From positions 188,319-252,318 of the forward strand of contig JAYRKJ010000005.1 of the NCBI GenBank assembly GCA_041905785.1: 64,000 bases of DNA, read 5' to 3'. Under the pieces are notes generated by a model. It ran no database searches, had not been told where the DNA came from, and saw only the letters and a list, made by a program, of their open reading frames with translations. This DNA comes from Burkholderiaceae bacterium (GTDB taxonomy: Bacteria; Pseudomonadota; Gammaproteobacteria; Burkholderiales; Burkholderiaceae_C). Position 1 is the first letter of the stretch, and every line of letters starts with the position of its first letter. Made by a program: the position numbers and the translations under genes. Positions 57,275 to 64,000 of the stretch are shown in pieces.

Positions 57275-57718
57275 GTGCATTCCCTTCTTGTACCCCAAGC
57301 GCTTGCTCAGCCTGAGGAAGCCAGAAAGCATGAGCGCGTGAGCTTCTTCCTCCTGCCTGTCAGACGCGAACAGATCCCGGTGTGGATCTTCGTTCCGCCG
57401 GGACTTGCCCATGGCGTGGCCGCGCTGGTCATGAACTTGAGCGAGGGCGGCGTCCAGGTGTTTGCACCCGGCGGCGTGGCATGGGGTACCGGCCCCTTGA
57501 TGCTGCACCTGCTGGACGGTGCAGAGGAGGCGACCGCCAGCCGACACTTCAGCACCCGCGTGCGGCGTCTCTGGAAGAAGACCGTCTCCCACAGCGGGGA
57601 TCTGCATGGCCTGGCCTTTGACGACGAGAACCCAGCCGTTCGCGCCTTTCTGGCGCGGCGCCGTCCCGACCCCCTGGCCGGCCAGTGGGTCCGGTGCATC
57701 ATCGAACCCATCGTCTGA
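57275..57718 (+). CDS. PilZ-domain protein
   Basis: RKHER (RxxxR) and NLSEGG (D/NxSxxG) motifs; start uncertain. Confidence 0.72.
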   Translation: MHSLLVPQALAQPEEARKHERVSFFLLPVRREQIPVWIFVPPGLAHGVAALVMNLSEGGVQVFAPGGVAWGTGPLMLHLLDGAEEATASRHFSTRVRRLWKKTVSHSGDLHGLAFDDENPAVRAFLARRRPDPLAGQWVRCIIEPIV

Positions 57719-57744
57719 CACGGACCTCCGGTCCAGAGGGCCGG

Positions 57745-58758
57745 TCAGCGCTCCATGTGGTGCAGGTGGGCATGCGGCAGCACGAGCTCCACCAACTGCC
57801 CAAGCTCAGGGGCATCGTCGCCCAACTCCAGCCAGACTTTCAGGGCGTGCCCATCGGCGGTAGTGCCCGTCAGCAGTTGGCGAGCCGAGCTGCGCGCCAC
57901 ATCGGTCACGCGCACGGGAAGGCTCCAGTCCTGGTCCTGCAGGGCTTTGGCCCGAGACTTGAGCATGGAGCGCGCCACCGGCACCGCCCACCAGCCGGCT
58001 TGCGGCATGCCAGGCCGCTGGTCAGCGGGCAGGAGATTGAAGGCCCCCAGGAACTGAGCGACTTCCGTGCTGGCCGGGCGCGTCCACAAGTCAGCGGGCG
58101 CAGCGCATTGTGCGATCTCGCCCTCAATCATGAGCGCCACGCGGTCCGCCAGTTCGTAGGCCTCGTCGCGGTCATGGGTCACGATGAGGCAGCTCTGCTG
58201 CAATTCCTTTTGCAGCTGGCGGAACGAGCGCCGCAGCGGCGCACGGAAGTGCTCGTCCAGCGCCGAAAACGGCTCGTCCATCAAGAGCAGGGCCGGATGC
58301 CTGGCCAAGGCTCGGGCCAGGGCCACCCGCTGGCGCTGCCCGCCGGAGAGCTGGGAGGGCCGATGTCCAGCCCAGTTGGCCATGCCCACCATCGCCAGCA
58401 GGGCCCTGGCCCGTTCGGCTGCAGCGGCCGGCGCGAGCCCGTCCGCCAGCGGGCCGAACTCGACATTGGCTCGCACGGTGAGGTTGGGGAACAGCGCATA
58501 GTTCTGGAACACGAAGCCGAGGCCGCGCGCCTGAACAGGGCGTGCGCTCAAGTCGCACCCCTCCAGGAGGAGGCTGCCGCGGTCCAGGGGTGCCAGGCCC
58601 GCGACGCAGCGCAGCAGGGTCGTCTTGCCGCAGCCGGATGCACCGAGCAGGGCCAGGACCTCGCCTCGTTGAAGGGACAGATCCACCCCGCGCAGCACAT
58701 GGCGTGCGCCCAGGCGCACATGGGCCCCTTGAAGACTCAAGAGCGGCGTGCGTTCCAT
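57745..58758 (-). CDS. ABC transporter ATP-binding protein (PotA/FbpC-like)
   Basis: GASGCGKTT, FQNYALFP, LSGGQRQR, DEPF, VTHD; TOBE-like C-terminus. Confidence 0.92.
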   Translation of the reverse strand: MERTPLLSLQGAHVRLGARHVLRGVDLSLQRGEVLALLGASGCGKTTLLRCVAGLAPLDRGSLLLEGCDLSARPVQARGLGFVFQNYALFPNLTVRANVEFGPLADGLAPAAAAERARALLAMVGMANWAGHRPSQLSGGQRQRVALARALARHPALLLMDEPFSALDEHFRAPLRRSFRQLQKELQQSCLIVTHDRDEAYELADRVALMIEGEIAQCAAPADLWTRPASTEVAQFLGAFNLLPADQRPGMPQAGWWAVPVARSMLKSRAKALQDQDWSLPVRVTDVARSSARQLLTGTTADGHALKVWLELGDDAPELGQLVELVLPHAHLHHMER

Positions 58759-59534
58759 GACATCAATCCTTGAACCAGTGTGGCCACGAGGGCCACGACA
58801 ATGAAGCTGACCGCCACCAGCGCTGCCACTTGATGGCCGTTGGTGTTGCGCATGCTGTTCATCAGGGGCTGCAGCAGCTCCATCTGCGCGCCCAGCAGCA
58901 AATTGGCGATGGCAAACTCCATCGCAGCCATCACCCAGGTCAGCAGCCAGCCGGCGAGCAGCTGCGGGGCCAGCAGCGGCAGCAGCACCTGACGCATGAA
59001 GCGCCCGTCGCCCGCGCCGAGGGTGCGCGCGGCCTCCAGCAGCGGGCCCACATCCAACTGTGACCAGGCCGCGGTGACCGCCTTGTGCACCACGGGCAGC
59101 AGCAGGGGCGTTGCGCACAGGACATAGATCGACCACAGCGGCGCGGCACCGGACCAGCCGCGTCCGATGAAGACATCCAGCGCACCCACGGCGATGACGA
59201 CGGCGGGGAGGGCGTAGGGCAGCAAGTCCAGAAGGCTGAGGAGCCGCGCAAGCCGGCGCGAAGCCATGAGGGCCGCCAACGCCGCCGCGGTGCCGGCCAC
59301 TACAGCCAGCGTCGCGCATGCACCGGCGAGCAGCAGCGTGCGCAGGATGGCGTCGACGGTGCGGGCATCGTCTGCCAGCAGGGCGAACCAGCGCAGCGTC
59401 AGGCCCTCCGGCCAGAGGCCGCGGTCCCAACGCTCACTGAACCCATAGGCCAGCGTGGCGAGCCAGGGCACCAGCAGCGTCAGCAGCACCATGCACAGGT
59501 ACAGCTTGCTCAATGAAGCGCCTCGCCCCCTCAT
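58737..59534 (-). CDS. ABC transporter permease
   Basis: LLEAARTLGA EAA loop; TGATG coupling. Confidence 0.88.
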   Translation of the reverse strand: MRGRGASLSKLYLCMVLLTLLVPWLATLAYGFSERWDRGLWPEGLTLRWFALLADDARTVDAILRTLLLAGACATLAVVAGTAAALAALMASRRLARLLSLLDLLPYALPAVVIAVGALDVFIGRGWSGAAPLWSIYVLCATPLLLPVVHKAVTAAWSQLDVGPLLEAARTLGAGDGRFMRQVLLPLLAPQLLAGWLLTWVMAAMEFAIANLLLGAQMELLQPLMNSMRNTNGHQVAALVAVSFIVVALVATLVQGLMSWNARRS

Positions 59535-60391
59535 CACGAACTCCCGCCGTCGAGACGCTGCCGGGCGACGCGCGCGGCCCAATGCCCGAGCCCGAGAGCC
59601 GCCCCCAGCAGCAGGAGCAGCATCAGCGACAGTTGCTGCGGCAGGCTCGGGTCCTCGAAGATATCGCCGCTGACCGCCGCCGCGATGCGCACCGCGAGCA
59701 CATTGGCCGACGTGCCGCTCAAGGCGAAAGGCGTGGCGTACGCGGCGGCTGCGTTGGCGAACAGGAGGCTGGCGGCCTCGATCAGGCTGGGGGTGAGCAT
59801 GGGCAGGCCGACCCGCCACCAGAATCGCGTCGAGCCGGCGCCCAGGGTCCAGGCGGCTTCTTCGATGTGCGCGTCGAGCTGCGCGACCGGCGCGGCCATG
59901 ATCATCATCGCCAGGGGCAGTTGGAACAGCAGATAGGCCAGCAGCAGCCCGGACCGTCCATACAGATCCAGCGGCAACGCCAGCCCCACCGGACGCAGGA
60001 GGCCGGGCAGCCATCCCTGCGATCCGAGCAGCAGGATGAGTGCACTGGCCAGGGGAACGCCCGCGAAGTTGGCACCCAGGCTTCCCATCAGGTTCATGAG
60101 CCGACGCCAGCCCGGATGGCGCCGCATCGCGATGGCCGCCAGCGTGCCCAGGCCCAGTCCCCATGCCGTGGACAGCCCGGACATCCAGGCCGTGTCGAGC
60201 AGGGCGTCAAGGTAGTAGCGATCGCTGAACGGGCTTCCTGCCGGCCACTCACCTGCGTGCAGCACGGCCAGCAGGAAGTCGCCGGTCCGCAGGGCAAAGG
60301 GGAGCAGCACACCCAGGGTCAGCAGGGCAAGCGCGGGCGCCGCCAGCAGCCAGGCGATGGCCGCAGCACGTCGGTTCGGCAGGCCTTGCAT
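59534..60391 (-). CDS. ABC transporter permease
   Basis: IEEAAWTLGA EAA loop; FQLPLAM; FANAAAAYAT. Confidence 0.88.
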   Translation of the reverse strand: MQGLPNRRAAAIAWLLAAPALALLTLGVLLPFALRTGDFLLAVLHAGEWPAGSPFSDRYYLDALLDTAWMSGLSTAWGLGLGTLAAIAMRRHPGWRRLMNLMGSLGANFAGVPLASALILLLGSQGWLPGLLRPVGLALPLDLYGRSGLLLAYLLFQLPLAMMIMAAPVAQLDAHIEEAAWTLGAGSTRFWWRVGLPMLTPSLIEAASLLFANAAAAYATPFALSGTSANVLAVRIAAAVSGDIFEDPSLPQQLSLMLLLLLGAALGLGHWAARVARQRLDGGSS

Positions 60392-60392
60392 G

Positions 60393-61184
60393 TCAGTCGC
60401 CAAGGCCCAGGCGCTTCAGCACGAAGCCGGGCACCTCCGGTTGGGATTGCGGCCAGCCCGGTGGCGCCAGCGCCTCTTTCGCGGGCAGCGGGACCCAGAT
60501 GAGTGGCACCAGGCGCTCCGCATCAAGCGGCCCGCCGTGCATGCGGTCGCTGTTCATGCCGTGATCGCTGCACAGCAGCAGCTCGTAGCCGGCGGCCTGC
60601 CAGCGCGGCAGCCACAGGGACAGCAGGTGGTCCAGACGCCGCGCTGCGAGCGCATAGCCGGCCGTGTCGGCACCGTGCACATGGCCTGCGTGGTCCGGCC
60701 CCATCGGGTGCAGGAACAGCAGATCGGGGGCATGCAGGCGGCGCAGCTCATCGGCGTCTGCAAAGAGATGGGAGTCGGGGTACTCGTCCTCCCAGTACCA
60801 GCGAGCGGCCAGCACCGAGGCGGGATCGGGCCGCGCGGCGCGGTCGAGCAGGGCGTCGAAGGTCCTTCCGGACAGCAGCTCGAAGAACCAGTGGTAAGCA
60901 GCCAGGCAGGCGGTCCGTCCGCTGCCGTCCATGGCGTCGAACACTGTTTTCTGCAGGCGCTGGCCGGCCTGCTGGTTGCTCAGGATGCCGTGCTCGAGCG
61001 GCGTCTGCCCATTGATCAGGGTCGCGTACAGCGGCCGTGACAGGCTGGGAAGCTCGCTGCGCAGCGTCGTGGCCACCGCCCGGCCTTGCTCGAGCAGAGC
61101 GGCCAGATAGCCCATGTACTGGCGCGCGGTGTCGTCGCGCAGGCCGTCCGCCAGCAACCAGACCAGCTTTCTGCCTTCGCTCAC
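60393..61184 (-). CDS. alkaline-phosphatase-superfamily (NPP-like) hydrolase without signal peptide
   Basis: LADGLR, PSLSRP, DHAGH, SDHGM metal/nucleophile motifs. Confidence 0.88.
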   Translation of the reverse strand: MSEGRKLVWLLADGLRDDTARQYMGYLAALLEQGRAVATTLRSELPSLSRPLYATLINGQTPLEHGILSNQQAGQRLQKTVFDAMDGSGRTACLAAYHWFFELLSGRTFDALLDRAARPDPASVLAARWYWEDEYPDSHLFADADELRRLHAPDLLFLHPMGPDHAGHVHGADTAGYALAARRLDHLLSLWLPRWQAAGYELLLCSDHGMNSDRMHGGPLDAERLVPLIWVPLPAKEALAPPGWPQSQPEVPGFVLKRLGLGD

Positions 61185-62281
61185 CTGGCGCTCCCCATGA
61201 CCTCGCGCTGCCAGCTGCGGCCCAGCTTCTTGACCTCCTCGGTCCAGAGCACCGGACGCAGCGCACGGGCCTTGGCGTACTGCTTGCTGTCCAGCAGCTG
61301 GCCCTGCAGCTCAGTGGGAAGCGTCAGGGCGTTGATGCGGATCGGGCGTGCATGGCCGCGCGCCAGGTTCAGCTGGCCCGCATCGCTGAGAATGAACTCC
61401 CGCGCCAAGCGGGCGGCCTGCGGGTGCGGCGCGTTTTTGTTGATCAGCGTGCTGTACCCGCTGGTGATGGAGCCATCCGCGGGGATCAGCACCTCGTAGT
61501 CCGCCTTGTTGGGCAGCTTGGCGCGAAAGGAGAGGGCGTTGAAGTCCCACAGCAGGAAGACATCGGCCTCGGCGCGCTCCATCAGCGCCGGCGACGGGTT
61601 GACCAGCAGCAGATCCCGGCGCTGCGCCAGCCCGGCAAAGGCCTGCAGGGCGGGCTGCAGCCTTTGCTCGTCCCCGCCCAGCGCCACCGCCGCGGCCAGC
61701 ACGGCCGCATTGGCCTGGGACGCCCGGCCGACTTCGCCGATCATCACGCGGTACTTGCCCTTGAAGAGCTCCACCCAGCTGCGGGGCACGGCGCTCACCT
61801 TGCGGGTGTTCACCGCGAAGGCCATGGTGCCGGTGTAGGCCAGCACCCAATGCCCGTCGGGATCCTTCGCCCATTCGGGGATCTGCTGCCAGGTGCTGGG
61901 CTTGAAGGGCGCGGTGATGCCGCGGGCCTTGGCAATTGCGCCGAACTCGAAGCCGACATCGCCGAGATCCACCGTGGCCTGCGAACGTTCAGCCTCGATC
62001 TTGGCGATCTGCTCGGCACTGCTCATGTCGGTATCGACATGCTGCAGCCCATGCTGGCGTGCCAGGTCTTGCCAGGTCTGACGCCAGTTGGCCCAGTCGT
62101 CAGGCATGCCGACCGTCTGCAGCCGGCCCTCATGCGCGGTGCTTTGCCTAGGCGCTCCGCCGTCGACAGTGACGGCAACAGCGAGCTTCGCCAGGCCGAG
62201 GAGTCCTGCCGTCAGCAGGGTTCTGAATGCCGGCGCCGCAGCGCGCGCGAGGGGCCGAGTCTTGCGGGGGGGTGCCGTCAC
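61181..62281 (-). CDS. ABC transporter substrate-binding protein (PotD/AfuA fold)
   Basis: GMPDDWANW, DTDMSSAEQIAK, GDVG..FG, YTGT.AF.VN; GTG after AAGGAG. Confidence 0.9.
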   Translation of the reverse strand: MTAPPRKTRPLARAAAPAFRTLLTAGLLGLAKLAVAVTVDGGAPRQSTAHEGRLQTVGMPDDWANWRQTWQDLARQHGLQHVDTDMSSAEQIAKIEAERSQATVDLGDVGFEFGAIAKARGITAPFKPSTWQQIPEWAKDPDGHWVLAYTGTMAFAVNTRKVSAVPRSWVELFKGKYRVMIGEVGRASQANAAVLAAAVALGGDEQRLQPALQAFAGLAQRRDLLLVNPSPALMERAEADVFLLWDFNALSFRAKLPNKADYEVLIPADGSITSGYSTLINKNAPHPQAARLAREFILSDAGQLNLARGHARPIRINALTLPTELQGQLLDSKQYAKARALRPVLWTEEVKKLGRSWQREVMGSAR

Positions 62282-63447
62282 GGTTGACGCTCCTTCTTGA
62301 GCTGCAGTTGGGCCAGCGGCACGTTCTGGCGCAGGCGCACGCGACCCTGGATGTCGCAGATGCCGAACTCCAGCAGCGGCTGTTCGAGATCCCAGCGCAG
62401 GTCCAGCAGGCCAAAGTTTTCGGCCGCCAGGACTTCCGAACGCCGCCGGCGGTTGGGGGTCGGGATGTCCCAGACTTCCGTCAGGCCCGAGGAGGTGGCG
62501 TCCCACAGGGGGTACAGATCCGGTTCCTCGCGGCAGCTGATGTCGCCGTAGTGCATGTCGCCGCTGATGAACACAACCCCGGCTGCTTGCTTGTCGCGCA
62601 GGAGCGTCACCAGGCGCCGCTGCTCATGAGGAAAATTCGCCCAGCCTTCCCAGCCCGTGCCTTCCGCAGCGAACTGGATGCTCGACGCGATGATGCGGAC
62701 GTCAGCGGGCTGCTCCAGCGTTTGCGCCAGCCACGCCCACTGCTCCTCACCAAGAAGCGTCGCCGCGGGGTCCTGCTCGGGCTGGTACCAGCCGGCCATC
62801 GGCTGCCCCGAAATCCGGGCTTGGAGAACGAGCGCGCCGTAGCTCTTCTTCTGCGCCGCGTCGGCCTGCAGCGGGCTGCGATTGAAGCGCAGATCGGGCA
62901 GGATGATCTGGACGCGGCGCTGCCCCACCTGGATGTAGCGGACGTCGTAGATGCCGCTGCGGCGGCGGCGCGGTGAATCCGGGGCCTCGCCCCAGGCATC
63001 GCAGAACAGCTGCTGCGAAAGCCGCTTGAGCGGATAGTCGGCACCGGCGTCGTCGGTGCCGTAGTCGTGGTCGTCCCAGATCGCCAGGTGCGGCAGCTCG
63101 CGCCGAAAGGCCTGCAGCGGCGCCACCTCGGCGAACTCGCGGTAACGCTGGCGCAGCGTGGCCTCGTCCTCGGCGTCACCATAGAAGTTGTCGCCGAGGA
63201 AGATGAACAGGTCCGGCCGGCTTTCCCGGATGGCTTGCCAGATGGGCTGCGGCTTGGACTGCTTGGCGCAGGAGCCGAAGGCGATCCGCAGGCGCTGGGC
63301 CTGGCCGGCGCCCATCGACCCATCCGCGGGGCTCGTGAGGACGGGAGCCTCCAGGGCCGCGGTGGAGCCTCCGGAAGCAGCGGCCATGGCGGAGGCTGCG
63401 AGCCAGCGTCGGCGCGAGGGGTTGGCGAGATGGGAGGGCATGTCCAA
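62278..63447 (-). CDS. phoD: PhoD-family alkaline phosphatase/phosphodiesterase, Tat-exported
   Basis: SRRRWL twin-Arg; FGSC, LGDNFYGD, WDDHDYG, SGDMH. Confidence 0.9.
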   Translation of the reverse strand: MDMPSHLANPSRRRWLAASAMAAASGGSTAALEAPVLTSPADGSMGAGQAQRLRIAFGSCAKQSKPQPIWQAIRESRPDLFIFLGDNFYGDAEDEATLRQRYREFAEVAPLQAFRRELPHLAIWDDHDYGTDDAGADYPLKRLSQQLFCDAWGEAPDSPRRRRSGIYDVRYIQVGQRRVQIILPDLRFNRSPLQADAAQKKSYGALVLQARISGQPMAGWYQPEQDPAATLLGEEQWAWLAQTLEQPADVRIIASSIQFAAEGTGWEGWANFPHEQRRLVTLLRDKQAAGVVFISGDMHYGDISCREEPDLYPLWDATSSGLTEVWDIPTPNRRRRSEVLAAENFGLLDLRWDLEQPLLEFGICDIQGRVRLRQNVPLAQLQLKKERQP

Positions 63448-63508
63448 TCGGTTCGGGCAAAGGGTGTGGTGCGCCCAGGTCCAGCCTGGGCGCCATGGCC
63501 GCTGCGTG

Positions 63509-64000
63509 TCAGAGCTTGGCCGAGAAGCTGACGAAGAACTGGCGCGGGGCGCCGGTCAGTAGGGTCTGGCCCGTCCCCTTGGGGTCGTCGTTGGTGAAGC
63601 CGTTGCTGCCCACCGTCGAGATGTACTTCTTGTCCGTCAGGTTGTTCACGCCCACGGTGAAGGTGCCTTCCGAGACAAAGCCCAGGGACTTGCTGCGATA
63701 GCCGGCACTCAGGTTCAGCAGCGTGCGGGCGCCGACGCTTCCGTCATTGAGATAGGTGTAGTAGCGCTTGGACATGTGGTCGAGGCCGAGGCTGCCGAAC
63801 AGCGATCCCCGGTCATAGCCGAGGATGGACTTGAACATGGTGTCCGGTGCGTCGACCACATGCTTGCCCTTGGTGGCGACCACGATGTCCTTGTTGTTCG
63901 CGTCCTTGCTCACCACGTCATCACGATAGGTGGACTTGCTCAGGCTCAGGCTGTTGTACCAGCTGAAGCCAGGCGCCAGTCGGAAGGACAATGCAGCCTC
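63509..64000 (-). CDS. TonB-dependent receptor, C-terminal part; 5' end outside window
   Basis: LNLSAGY, VNNLTDKKY, GAPRQFFVSFSAKL. Confidence 0.88.
   Translation of the reverse strand, partial: EAALSFRLAPGFSWYNSLSLSKSTYRDDVVSKDANNKDIVVATKGKHVVDAPDTMFKSILGYDRGSLFGSLGLDHMSKRYYTYLNDGSVGARTLLNLSAGYRSKSLGFVSEGTFTVGVNNLTDKKYISTVGSNGFTNDDPKGTGQTLLTGAPRQFFVSFSAKL

Noticed and set aside
1-64000. rRNA, tRNA, IS/transposase, integrase or phage genes
   Set aside because: None recognised by eye; tRNAscan and ISEScan would be needed to exclude small elements

Overview
GC-rich, probably Burkholderiales-like betaproteobacterial window dominated by iron acquisition and secondary metabolism. All assignments come from reading motifs in the translations; no database search was run. 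(1) 1-18.9 kb: catecholate siderophore cluster (TonB receptor end, PepSY-TM reductase module, fes, mbtH, two-module C-A-T-C-A-T-TE NRPS with no epimerase, entS/C/E/B/A, DAHP synthase), predicting a (DHB-L-Xaa-L-Ser)n siderophore. (2) 19.0-37.2 kb, the standout: an apparent tropone/tropolone cluster. It has a second DAHP synthase, a PaaZ whose aldehyde-dehydrogenase catalytic residues are lost but whose MaoC hydratase is intact, and a tdaD/tdaE/tdaC-like thioesterase, flavoprotein and short prephenate-dehydratase operon. It also has an EmrAB-type efflux pump, a coupled C-S lyase/GST/class I glutamine-amidotransferase cassette that could insert glutathione sulfur, CitE- and PNPOx-like enzymes, a Cu-storage protein, and AraC, TetR and LuxR-solo regulators. 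(3) 37.4-51 kb: Fur-boxed FtrA-porin-FtrBCD Fe2+ uptake, a decayed AraC/EmrA-TolC locus and an hmuRSTUV-tonB heme operon. (4) 51-57.7 kb: fumC, a PRT-family gene, a CBS remnant, an unexplained methyltransferase-sulfotransferase-ureohydrolase operon and a PilZ gene. (5) 57.7-64 kb: TonB receptor-PhoD-ABC-phosphatase operon. No rRNA, tRNA, CRISPR array or transposase was recognised.
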